This document shows, piece by piece, positions 47,273 to 59,800 of a stretch of 64,000 bases of DNA. Origin of the DNA: Ranitomeya imitator. Lineage: Eukaryota. Position numbers and translations under genes: made by a program. The stretch spans positions 168,578,001 to 168,642,000 of the forward strand of contig NC_091283.1 in the NCBI RefSeq assembly GCF_032444005.1, in the 5' to 3' direction. Each line of letters starts with the position of its first letter. Position 1 is the stretch's first letter. A model generated the notes under the pieces. The model saw nothing but the letters and a program-made list of their open reading frames with translations. It ran no database searches and had not been told where the DNA came from.

Positions 47273-48240
47273 CAGTTAGGTCCAGAAATATTTGGACAGT
47301 AACAAGTTTTGGCATTTTAGCTGTTTACCAAAACATATTCAAGATACAGTTATATAATCAATCTGGGCTTATAGGGCAGACCCTCGGCTTTAATTTCAGG
47401 GTATTCACATCATAATTGTAGCAAGGGTTTAGGAATTACAGATCCTTAATATGTAGTGTCTCTTTTTTAAGGGACCGAGAGTAATTTTCCTCACTAGTCC
47501 TTCATCAATTAAGCAGGAAACAGGTCTGGAGCCGATTCCAGGTGTAGCATTTGTATTTGGAAGCTGTTGTTGTGAACCCACAACATGCAACCAAAGGAGC
47601 ACTCAATGGAAGTGAAAAACACCATTATTAGGCAGAAAAAAAAATAAGAATACGTTCATCAGAGAGATAGCGGAAATATTAGGAGTGGCCAAATCAACAG
47701 TTTGGTACATTCTGCAAAAAAAAAAAAGTGCACTGGTGAGCGCGGGAACTCAAAAAGGCCTGGACGTCAATGGAAGACAACAGTGGTAGATGATTGCAGA
47801 ATCCTTTCCAATGTGAAGAAAAACTTCTTCACAACATCCACCCAAGTGCAGAACACTCTCCAGGAAGTCGCTGTTTCGGTATCTAAATTTACCATAAGGA
47901 GAAGACTTCATGAGAATAAATACAGAGGGTTCACCACAAGGTGCAAACCATTAATCATCCTTAAAAATAGAAAGGCCAGATTAGACTTTGCCAAGAAACA
48001 TCTAAAGAAATCGCCCGGTTCTGGAAAAGCAAAGCTAAGATCAACTTGTATCAGAATCATGGGAAGAAGAAAATATGGAGGTTTGGAACGGCGTTTGATC
48101 CACAGCACAGCCTCTGTGACACATGGTGGAGGTGGGGTGATGGCACCGGCCTGTATGGCTTCCAATGGCACTGGGTCACTAGTGTTTATTGATGACAGAA
48201 TCAGCCGGATGAATCCTGTGTGTACAGGGAGATACTTCAG
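47273..48240 (+). mobile_element. Degenerate Tc1 transposon, 5' portion
   Basis: TA-CAGTTAGGTCCAGAAATATTTGGACAG terminus. Transposase remnants (KRPGRQWKTT, KYRGFTTRCKPL, VTHGGGGVM). Confidence 0.8.
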
Positions 48241-48242
48241 AT

Positions 48243-48680
48243 TCAAACTCATGTTCTCCTTCACCAAACCCAGACTCCTCCATCAGACGTCAGATAAAGT
48301 GCGATCCATCATTGCACAGAACACGTCTCATCCAGAGTCCAGTGGTGGCGGCTTTACACCACTCCATCCGACGCTCAGCATTGTGCTTGGTGATGTAAGG
48401 CTGAATGAAGCTTCTCGGCCACGAAGCTAATGGCGGAGGTGCAGCGTTTGTACCAGAGGAGGTCTGGACTCTGTAGTTATGGAGTCAGCAGAGCATTGGT
48501 GACTTTTCTGCCGTTGGCTCCTCAGCACTCAGTTCCCCGCTCTGTAACATTACGGGGTCTCCACTTTGTGGCGTCCACTAATGGGGGAACATTTAGGAGG
48601 AAAAAATGCCATGAACTGACTCGTTACATGGGTGGCTCCTATTACAGGACCGCGCTGGTATCAGACCTCTTTACCGTTTT
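48243..48680 (-). mobile_element. Fragment of a different Tc1 family in reverse orientation
   Basis: The reverse complement encodes degenerate Tc1 transposase segments (PYITKHNA.RRMEWCK.., VWVW). Confidence 0.55.
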
Positions 48681-49644
48681 TTCATAAGTTAGTACATCCA
48701 GACAGCCTGGCGGGGGCCAGAGGTTATACATGGGGGGCAGGAGGATGGGTTAGGGGGGACGGATGTTACACACTGACGGTAACTCAAATTCAGTGCCTAA
48801 TCATACAGTATGCGAATATGTTCATCCATACAGTACAGATATATTTACTTACCCATCTTGGTGCTGGTGCCAGGTCTCCAGATTTCCTGGAATGATCCTA
48901 TAGACACCAATAAACATAAAACGCTCCTTCCTTTGGTCTACAGTAATAACACACAGTCATAAAACCTAGCAATGGAGACTGTAGTAAACAGGGTCATGCA
49001 GAAGTCAGGCCATTCCAGGAGCCCGGCCTTAAACATGCATGTTCTGGGGTTACTTATTGACTCGTATGATCATATATATTAATCCCAATATTTCCAAAAT
49101 TTCAGTGGTCCAATGTATGGGTGGAAGGACCTTGAACAGTGATAGTAGACATTTCACATTGCCCTTTTATTTGGGGACGCTCCGTGCCCAGGGCCAGGGG
49201 TGTGACTGTGACCGCATTTCAATAAGCTTTATTTATCTCTAGAGAACACTTACCGCTTTCCGCTACTGTAGAAATCATTGGACCTGCCAAATTCAAGGTA
49301 AATGGCTTTTGTAAGGGGCATCCGAGTATCATGACCTCGATTAGGAAGTCTGCATTTCAGGGTCACATGACAGTCTTTGATAATGCAGCACTATAATGAT
49401 AATCAATGGAAAGGTGGGTGTGAATGACGCCGTATCCAGGTAGATGTCACCTGTGGACTTCAGTCAGTTACCTGGACGCCCGCACCAGCCCCTATTAATG
49501 ATTAATGCAGAGGTTGGGAGCATCCTCAAGAGTGGAGGGAGATCGCTGGATCCGGGAAGGAGGCGGATGTCTCAGGAAATGGGGAGAGGCCGCCCAGAAA
49601 AGATGGATGGCTCAGAAGAATAACAGGAACGACGGGAGCACACC

Positions 49645-52600
49645 ATGGTGAAGGGGGCTAACTGTTCCATGGACGGGGGGAGCTTCCCCCTATCATCTGA
49701 GTTTTTCCAAGGTAGTATGGTGCTCAGACATAAGCTACAGTACACAGGCTGATGCTGAACAGCTCACACCCCTCCTATAAGCTGCACTAGGCCTATACAT
49801 TGGGCGAGCATGGTCATAGTCTGACACGTCTTGGGTAGCGATGGTTGAACATGTGGTCATTGCTGAGTGGGCAGACTTTCCTCTATTGTCATCGTCTAGC
49901 TTTAATGTGTCATCTGGTGGGACCCCTTTCCCACACTCTCAGGAGAGTGCCCCCTGTTTATTCGCCATCTACCCTTCTGTGCTTTCACCTTTATAGTGAT
50001 AAAGAAGGACCTGTGGATATTCATCATTCCCGTGCTGGTCGGGTGTGTGCAGCTGGCGTTATTTCTGGAGGAGATGGGGTTCTTCCTGCGGAACGTTCGG
50101 AGCACGCGCAGAACCTGCCTATACCTATGGATTCTGGGGGTGTATCCGGTGAGAATCAAGGGCTGTGCAAAGAGTTAACATGCATATAGATATATACAGT
50201 AGGGAAAAAAGTATTTAGTCAGCCACCAATTGTGCAAGTTCTCCCACTTGCAAAGATGAGAGAGGCCTGTAATTGACATCATACACTGTGTGCAGAATTA
50301 TTAGGCAAGTTGTATTTTAGAGGATTATTTTTATTATTGATCAACATCTATGTTCTAAATCAACCCAAAAGACTCATAAATATCAAAGCTTAATATTTTT
50401 GGAAGTTGGAGTGGTTTTTTTTTTTAGATTTGGCTATTTTAGGAGGATATCTGTTTGTGCAGGTAACTATTACTGTGCAGAATTATTAGGCAACTTAATA
50501 AAAACTAAATATATTCCCATCTCACTTGTTTATTTTCACCAGGTAAACCAATATCACTGCACAAAATTTAGAAAAAAACATTTCTGACATGCAAAAACAA
50601 AGCCCCAAAAAATGAGTGACCAATATAGCCACCTTTCTTTATGATGACACTGAACAGCCTTCCATCCATAGATTCTGTCAGTAGCTTGATCTGTTTACGA
50701 TCAACATTGCGTGCAGCAGCCACCACAGCCTCCCAGACATTGTACCGAGAGGTGGACTGTTTTCCCTCCCTGTAGATCTCACATTTTATGAGGGACCACA
50801 GGTTCTCTATGGGGTTCAGATCAGGTGAACAAGGGGGCCATGTCATTATTTTTTCTTCTTTGAGACCTTTACTGGCCAGCCACGCTATGGAGTAGTTGGA
50901 GGCATGTGATGGAGCATTGTCCTGCATGAAAATCATGTTTTTCTTGAACGATACGGACTTCTTCCTGTATCACTGCTTGAAGAAGTCTTCCAGAAACTGG
51001 CAGTAGGTCTGGGAGTTGAGCTTCACTCCATCCTCAAACCGAAAAGTTCCCATAAGTTCATCTTTGATGATGCCAGCCCATACCAGTACCCCACCTCCAC
51101 CTTACTGGCGTCTCAGTCGGAGTGGAGCTCTCTGCCCTTTACTGATCCAGCCTCTGGCCCATCCATCTGGCCCATCAAGAGTCACTCTCATTTCATCAGT
51201 CCATAAAACCTTTGAAAAGTCAGTCTTAAGATATTTCTTGGTCCAGTCTTGACATTTTATTTTACGTTTCTTGTTCAAAGGTGGTCGTTTTTCAGCCTTC
51301 CTTACCTTGGCCATGTCCCTGAGTATCGCACACCTTGTGCTTTTTGTTACTCCAGTAACGTTGCAGCTCTGAAATATGGCAAAACTGGTGGCAAAAGGCA
51401 TCTTGGCAGCTTCACGCTTGATTTTCCTCAATTCATATTTTGCGCCTTTTTTGCCCAACACGCTTCTTGCGACCCTGTTGGCTATTTGCCATGAAACGCT
51501 TGATTGTTCGGTGATTGCGCTTCAATTTCAAGACTGCTGCATCCCTCTGCAAAACCTCTCACAATTTTGGCCTTTTCAGAGCCCGTCAAATCTCTCTTCT
51601 GACCCATTTTGCCAAAGGAAAAGTTGCCTAATAATTAAGCACACCTTATATGATGTCATTAGACAACACCCCTCCTCATTACAGAGATGCACATCACCTG
51701 ATTTACTTAATTGGTAGTTGGCTCTCAAGCCTGAACAGCTTGGAGTAGGACAACATGTATAAAAAGTATCATGTGATCAAAATACAAATTGCCTAATAAT
51801 TCTGCACACAGTGTAGGTAGACCACAACTATGAGAGTCAAAATGAGAAAACAAATCCAGAAAATCACTGTGTCTGATTTGGCAAGATTTATTCTGCAAAT
51901 TATGGTGGAAAAGAAGTATTTGGTCATTAACAAAAGTCCAATATTTTGTTATATATCCTTTGTTGGCAATGATAGATGTCAAACGTTTTCTGTAAGTCTT
52001 CGCAAGGTTGGCACACACTGCTGGTGGTACGTTGGCCCATTCCTCCATGCAGATCTCCTCTAGAGCACTGATGTTTTGGGCCTGTCGTTGGGCAACATGA
52101 ACTTTCAACTCCCTCCAAAGGTTTTCTATAGTTTGAGATCTGGTGACTGGCTAGGCCACTCCAGGACCTTCATATGCTTCTTACAAAGCCACTCCTTTGT
52201 TGCCCTGGTGGTGCGCTTGGGATTATTATCATGCTGAAAGACCCAACCACGTTTCATCTTCAATGCCCTTGCTGATGGAAGGAGGTTTGCATGCAAGATC
52301 TCACGATACATGGCCCCATTCATTCTTTCATGTACACGGATCAGTCGTCCTGGTCCCTTTACAGAGAAACAGCCCCAAAGCATGATGTTGCCACCCTCAT
52401 GCTTCACAGTAGGTATGGTGTTCTTTGGATGCAACTCAGCATTGTCTCCTTCAAATACAAGTTTTGTTTCTACCAAACAGTTCTACTTTGGTTTCCTCAG
52501 ACCATATGACATTCTCCCAATACTCTTCTGGATAATCCAAATGCTCTCTAGCACACTTCAGACGGGTCCGGACATGTACTGCCTTAAGCAGCGGTACCCG

Positions 52601-55600
52601 TCTGGCACTGCAGGATCTGAGTCCCTGGTAGCGTATTGTGTTACTGATGATAGCATTTGTTACGGTGGTCCCATCTCTATACAGGTCATTCGCTAGGTCC
52701 CCCCGTGTGGTTCTAGGATTTTTGCTCACCGTTCCTGTGATCATTTTGACCCCACGGGGTGAGATCTTGCTTGGAGCCCCAGATCGAGGGAGATTATCAG
52801 TGGTCTTGTATGTCTTCCATTTTCTTATTATTGCTCCCACCGTTGATTTCATCACACCAAGCTGTTTGCCTATTGCAGATTCAGTCTTCCCAGCCTGGGG
52901 CAGGGCTACAATTTTGTTTCTGGTGTCCTCCGACAGCTCTTTGGTCTTCACCACAGTGGAGTTTGGAGTGTGATTGTTTGACGTTGTGGACAGTTGTCTT
53001 TTTACTGGTAAGTTCAAACAGGTGTCATTACCACAGGTAATGAGTGGAGGACAGAGGAGCCTCTTAAAGAAGTTACAGGTCTGTGAGAGACAGAAATCTT
53101 GCATGTTTTTAGGTGACCAAATACTTATTTTCCTCCATAATTTGCAAAATAAATCTTGCCAAGTCAGACAAGGTGATTTTCTGGATTTTAATTTTAAGTG
53201 TGAGAACTTGCACACTTGGTGGCTGAATAAATACTTTTCTCCCCACTGTAGATGTGTATGCTCTGGGAGAAGAGGGGTTAATGTATCCTCATCACAACAA
53301 AATATAATCAGGCGATGCTCCCTGTAGACAATTTGCAAGACGACATTCGAAATGTCAAGTCAATTGGAGACGCTGGGGCCGTTTTGGTAAATTATGAGTT
53401 AACAGCTCCTTTATTTCTCCTTGGCCAGGTAATCTGTATCGCCTCCATTATAGGAATGTACATTCCTCGCTCATCCTCCATCTGTAACTTCGTGGCTTCC
53501 ATGTAAGTTGTGATTTACTCTGAACACATCTGTCTACATTCCACAGGAGCAGCGCCCCCCAGAGGTGTCTTACAGTGGAACTAGGCTGGGTGCATATTTG
53601 GGGGCTTTGTATAATTTCCCCAGTGCCAAAGACACAGATAAATCCCACTCACACACAATGCCATTGCTCCGGCTATGGATGATCACTGCTGCGACCATCA
53701 CACCCCTGCTGCCAGTCTGACTTATGGACGTGGCGTCATCACTGCTCCTGTCTGTTTGCAGATATCACTCCATAACACTCTGGAAATTCTTGGACCTGAT
53801 AACAGATTTCTTTGGTGGCAAAGCAAGAATGTTAGAAGAACTAGGGGGTCAGACTGTCGCCCCCAACCCGCCCCCGTGCTGCTGTTGCTGCTGTTTCCCC
53901 AACATTGTGGTGAACAGGTGGGTACATTAGAATGATGCCCTGCGTGTGGTGTGGGCATCGGGAGAAAAAAAAACGCACGTTCATATTGTTTTGCAGCAAA
54001 ACATAAATGGAGGAGGTGGGCTATAGCATCCGCAGGGAGTCAGATTAAAGGGCAAAACACAGGGTGATGTCGAGAGTCTGGTTTTGTAAAAACCATGAAA
54101 AAGCTTTTTTAGAAAAGCTTATGAAAAAAAAAAAAAATGATATAACACGTACCCATTATAGTCTATAGTTCTTTTCACACACCTGGAACATCGGTCTACA
54201 AAAAAAGAAGGCGACATGTCAGAGTTAACGCCGATTCGCCACCCATGAATGGGTCCATGACATAATTGACAGCACATAGCTCCCATCATTATAAACAAGG
54301 ATGTGTGAATTAGGCCTAACTAAGGTTGATACTTCCCATGATATTAGTACACAACAGTCCAGCATGTCTTGCTCCCTGTCTCAGGAGTAACCTGCGGTGG
54401 ATGAATATTGCCGTGTACCAGCTGTCAGTGGTGCGGACCCTTCTGTTCTTCATGGGCCTCATTCTCTGGACCGATGAGAAGTATGACTATGGGGATGTGA
54501 GTATGAACACATGGACGGCTTTGCTCTATTATCATTAACATAGCGCCTCTAGTGGCCACATGACTAACTGACACACACAGAACCAGTCTTATGCTCCGTC
54601 CCTCCATTCTTACACTCCGAAAAAAGGATTTCACATCTGCTTTTTATACAAAATCTATTTTATACTTACTGATTCATTCAATACGGATGACACAAGCCCT
54701 AGATCTGCATGCGACGGCTGTACTTCTAGATGGCAAAAGGCATTTCTTTAGGTCTATTCTATGACTTCCAGGTGGACTACACCAACCCCAACTCCTACAT
54801 CAACATCATCATCAGCCTGTCTACGTTCCTCTCTTTCTACGGCTACCTGCTGTTCTACAAAGCCACAAAGAAAGCATTGGAGGGTTACAGTCCGAGATCC
54901 AAGTTCATCTGCATCACCCTGGTGCTGGTCTTGTGTGGGCTGCAGAACGGCATCCTAGAGACCATGTCAGCCCTGGGAGCCATTCCTTGTGTCCCGCCCT
55001 TCACGGTGGAGACGCGCTCTCAGAGTAAGTGACTTCACATGATCCATTGCCTACATAGAAGGGTACATGTTATAGCCGGACATTATGCCGTCATCAGAGA
55101 TTTAATATCTACACAGAGCCATGATGTGGCCATATGGTGACATCACAGCTTGGAGAACTTTCAAAGTTAGATTGAGCAAAAGCTGCCACCAGATTTCACA
55201 ATACATACATTATTAGATATCGTAGACCTGATGAGGCCAGTGTACTCATTGTGAAAATCTGTATCCGAAATGCGATATAATTCCAATATTAAAATGAGTC
55301 CAGAGTGAGAGGGTAGCCATGGTGTATTCCGCATTTGTCGATTCAACCTGACAGCTGCAGCTTGTACTGAGCAGTGTGCGATCTCAGCTACAGCAGGGAG
55401 GAGGAACACTGATGAGCTGTCAATTAAACTAAGTGGGAGTTAGATGAGTTGTAACGATCATAAAGTGTTATACAGCCATTCTGGCATGGAATATCAAAGT
55501 AAGCACACCAGCCTCATCAGATCTACAGCTTGTATTGTGAGGTCTGATTGCAGATCCCCTTGAAAGGGTGTTTCATTATTACCATTTATCACCCTTCTGG

Positions 55601-56320
55601 TGTTCGATAAAATCTCTCCAGATTAGGTGGTGGTGAGATAACTATCCAGTTGGAAAAATGTCTACTTGTAGGTGGAAAATCTTAAAGGGACAGTTGAAAG
55701 TGCAGACAGCGTGTTATGGAGCAGAAGGTCTGAGCAGGTGATGTAGACGTTTGTGGAAAAGGTCCACTATAGCTTGTATTTTATCCACCTAGATATCTGT
55801 TTCTACGCTCAGGGGTCCAATTTGCATCCGAATTCTGCAGCATAGTAAATCTTCCCAATTTTTCCCCTCCGCAGCAATCTACAATTATTCCGTAACAATG
55901 GAGATGTTTTTCATCAGCCTCTTTGCCCGTTATTGTTTCCGGAGGGTGGAGCCATGCTCGGACGACGACTCTATCAGCCGGCAGGAGATGCATAATAAAT
56001 CCTCTCAGACCACCCTGACGGATCTGTACAGCCTCTCAGAGGAGGATTTGAGGGGCACCAACGCTGGTTACATGAGTGAGGGAGACGAGACCCTCTGCCA
56101 CATCGAGCATGCGCCACTTGACAAGTACGACTTCCTGCAGAACAACGTGGTCCTACCCAGACAAACTATGGCCAAACCTCAGTCCCGAGGCATAGAAATG
56201 GGAAACATGACTCCTACAGATGCCTATGAAGCAGCAAAACCACAAGCACCAGCCAAGGGGGGACTACAAGTACAAGCACAGATAAACTATATTGGCATCA
56301 ATGATGCAACAGTAGTCTGA
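49645..56320 (+). CDS. Organic solute transporter alpha (SLC51A/OST-alpha)-like protein, about 419 aa
   Basis: Exons, all GT-AG and phase-compatible: 49645-49711, 49997-50148, 53429-53502, 53762-53917, 54385-54496, 54772-55024, 55875-56320 (1260 nt). Kozak CACCATGG. Family features include LFLEE, a Cys cluster [35 protein letters not shown] and multiple TM segments. Orthology to SLC51A itself is not established. Confidence 0.85.
50197..53248 (-). mobile_element. Tc1 transposon (outer), both TIRs present, degenerate transposase
   Basis: TA-CAGTAGGGAAAAAAGTATTTAGTCAGCCACCAA ... TTGGTGGCTGAATAAATACTTTTCTCCCCACTG-TA. Minus-strand peptides [37 protein letters not shown]. Confidence 0.92.
50284..51813 (-). 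mobile_element. Tc1 transposon (inner, 1530 bp, IR/DR type) nested in the outer Tc1
   Basis: TA-CACTGTGTGCAGAATTATTAGGCA ... TGCCTAATAATTCTGCACACAGTG-TA with inner direct repeats. Peptides [29 protein letters not shown]. Frameshifted. Confidence 0.92.
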
Positions 56321-56488
56321 AAGCTAATCCCATGGAAATAGATGGCACTCCAGAGAGACAAAGTTGGTTGGTGGCCAAAGCTTTAAATACGTTTGTGAAA
56401 CATCCCGGAGAAGATATCTGGCTGTCACATATTGCACTCCCCTCTCCGCCCTTTATACCCACACTCCATGCAGATGGATAAAACCTTG

Positions 56489-56557
56489 TTTATTTGTTGC
56501 AATAAAATTGTAATAAATAAAAGTTTTTCATTAAAAAAAAAAAAAAAAAAAAAAAAA
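56489..56557. terminator. Back-to-back poly(A) signals for FTSJ1 (-) and the OST-alpha-like gene (+), plus a genomic A25 tract
   Basis: TTTATT at 56489-56494 (AATAAA on minus). AATAAA at 56501, 56512 and 56516 on plus. A25 at 56533-56557. Confidence 0.6.
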
Positions 56558-56832
56558 GTTTAACAAATCATCAACTTAAAACATAAGATTTTTAAATATT
56601 AGAGGGCTGCTCCGCCACGCTCAATTCTGCATCTGTAGGAGAGCGGCGCTGGTAACTGTCGACAGGTGCCTGCCAGGACATGTGCAACAGTCCTGTCCAT
56701 TAAAGTCGTGTGCACCTACCCAGCAGCCCTGTACATGTCCTACCAGGCACCTGTGGACCGGATGTCATCAGAGCCATTCGCCTCCTGACACAGAAGTGGA
56801 CGAGTCGCAGGCAGCAGCCGCTAAATAACCAA

Positions 56833-59800
56833 TCAAGAGGAAATGGATAGTTTCTGGATAGCGGCCCCCTCACTAACACCTGACGCATCATCTTCACTGT
56901 TTGTCGTGGTTGAAGGGGTGGTCACGGGTGAAAGTGGCCTTTCTTTTGCTAGGAGATTGTTCTTCTTTAAAAAGCAGGCCTCCTGATAGGGCGGACGAAT
57001 AGGGGGCTGGTTTGGAGGCACATAGCTGTACTCTTTACCATTTTCCAACTGTAGGAGAAAAGACCAGAAGTATTTATTTCTGAAGCCTCCATGCACAGCA
57101 AGGCCTCCTGGGGTTGAGTCACCTTACCCTGATGCCTCCACGCACAGCAAGGCCTCCTGGGGTGGAGTCACCTTACCCTGATGCCTCCACGCACAGCAAG
57201 GCCTCCTGGGGTTGAGTCACCTTACCCTGATGCCTCCATGCACAGCAAGGCCTCCTGGGGTTGAGTCACCTTACCCTGATGCCTCCACGCACAGCAAGGC
57301 CTCCTGGGGTGGAGTCACCTTACCCTGATGCCTCCACGCACAGCAAGGCCTCCTGGGGTGGAGTCACCTTACCCTGATGCCTCCACGCACAGCAAGGCCT
57401 CCTGGGGTTGAGTGGCCTTACCTGTAGAGGGTATGTCTTGTCGGAGTCGTATGCACTTAAGTCTCCACAGGCCAGAAATGGAACTATCACGCGGTTTGGA
57501 CCCTCAAGCTGGTTAAAGTCCACATCTAAAAAGAGGTAAAAAGTATTAATTATTCAGTCTCATGTTCCTATATAAAGGTCCCAAAATCCAGACATCTGTG
57601 TATTTGGCACTCACTATAGCAGTGGTCCAGCAGGGGATTTGACATGTTGGGTACATATCCCACTGGCGGGCTGTATCCCTGACATACAACGAACGCCTCT
57701 GTACAGGAGAAAAATGAATTACTAACATGCAGTGAAATAACCATTCTGTCTGCTCCGTACATCTCGTAGGATATAGGTGTGTAAAGAAAAGGTGTGTAGA
57801 GAAAAGGCCTGGCACGAGGTCACCCAATATTAACTCCAGATTGCCTCTTCTATATAAAATAGGATTATCTATATTTAAAAGGGTTGTCCACTACTTCTCT
57901 ATCTGAATGTTTGCCCCCGTAAAACTAAAAACACATACTCACGTCCCACACAATTCCAACGGTGTCAGCACTCGCGTTCCCGGGGTTCGTGTGCGGTTGT
58001 GATGACACATGAGCCCGGCGCCCAGTCAGCGCTGGCGTTGCTGTCCCTTCTTTTGGACGTGTTAGTTATCAAGAGGAGGTCCGGGCTGTGGCTGGCTCTC
58101 ACTTACTCTATTACTTATACGCTAGAAGGCAGGGACAGTGACGCTAGTTCTGATTAGCTGCAAAGCTCACGTATCATCACAACAGCACATAAGCCCTGGG
58201 AGCGCGAGTGCCGACACCACTGGAACAGCGCAAACATGGGAGGCAAGTATAAAGGTACCGTCACATTAAGCGACGCTGCAGCAATATAGACAACGATGCC
58301 GATCACTGCAGCGTCACTGTTTGGTCGCTGGAGAGCTGTCACACCAGACAGCTCTCCAGCGACCAACGATGCCGAAGTCCCCGGGTAACCAGAGTAAATA
58401 TCGGGTTACTAAGCGCAGGGCCGCGCTTAGTAACCCGATGTTTACCTGGATTACCATTGTAAATGTAAAAAAAAAAACAAAAAAAAACACTACATACTTA
58501 CATTCCGGTGTCTGGTCACGTCTCTCGCCTTCAGCTTCCCGCACTGACTGTGAGCGGCGCGCCGGCCGGCCGTAAAGCAGAGCGTTGACGTCACCGCTGT
58601 GCTCTGCTTTACGGCAGGCCGGCGCTCACAGTCAGTGCAGGAAGCTGACGGCGAGGGACGTGACCAGACAACGGAATGTAAGTATGTAGTGTTTTTTTTT
58701 TTTTACATTTACAATGGTAACCAGGGTAAACATCGGGTTACTAAGCGTGGCCCTGCGCATAGTAACCCGATATTTACCCTGGTTACCAGTGAAGACATCG
58801 CTGAATCGGTGTCACACACACCGATTCAGCGATGTCAGCGGGAGATCAGCGACCAAAATAAAGTTCTGATCATTCCCCAGCGACCAACGATCTCCCAGCA
58901 GGGGCCTGATCGTTGGTCGCTGTCACGCATAACAATTTCGGTAACGATATCGTTGCTACGTCACAAAAAGCAACGATATCGTTAACGATATCGTTATGTG
59001 TGACGGTACCTTAAGTGGTTTTATTTTCATGGGGCACGCATTCAGATCGAGGAGGGGTTATCCTAGTAGCAGACAATCCCTTTAATGCTGCCATATTATG
59101 CACTGTACCCGATACAATTGATTTAGGGCAGGGATCAGCATCCTACAGCTGCTGTGAAACTGGGCTCACAAAATGTAATGACAGCGGTCTGCTAGTCTGT
59201 GTCTGGCAGAAAATGCTGGGATTTGTAGTTTGATGCCGCTGGGGTGCTGATCCTGATATTGGGAATGATATCATTGGTCAGCTCTGAGCTTCCCTGTACA
59301 GATATATTATGAAGGAGGAATTATGGCATTTGGGGGTGATCCCATTCTGAGATTCTAGGATTTCAGTACACTTGCTTCACCTATACTGGAGTTCCGGCTG
59401 CTCCGAGGCTTGGCACATGTGACTTCTCGGAAAAAGATCTTGAGCTGGGAATACAGGAGTGTGACATCTTTTCCACGAAAAATCTAAAAATAGATAATTT
59501 AAAAAAATCAGAAATGTTCTCATCTTCAGAACATATGGCCAGGAAAGGAAGAGAGGTGGCAATCAGCAGCTCACCCACCTTAGCCACAAATGTGCCCCCT
59601 GCTCTCAGCACATGAGTTGTGATGTTCAAAGCCTGCAAGGAAATTGGATACAGCATTACTACAGCTTGTGAACAGAAACCATAATCCGCCCATTATTCTG
59701 TACACCAGACGTGCCACTCAGGATTCTGGAAGAGCTGGGTGACCGTCCTTGTGGAAATTGTAATGGGACAGATGCACCATAGAATCCTTCTATCACGGTT

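Noticed and set aside
49361-49374. FXR IR-1-like element GGGTCA-CA-TGACAG upstream of the OST-alpha-like gene
   Set aside because: The spacing is 2 rather than 1 and the second half-site has two mismatches. A nearby HNF1-like ATTAATGATTAAT (about 49495) is also too weak to call.
54541-54560. Isolated CTCF-like motif (TGGCCACTAGAGGCGCTA on minus)
   Set aside because: It is one base short in the core and a single occurrence, so it cannot be distinguished from chance.
56533-56557. A25 after AATAAA as evidence that the OST-alpha-like gene is a retrocopy
   Set aside because: The gene has six canonical introns.
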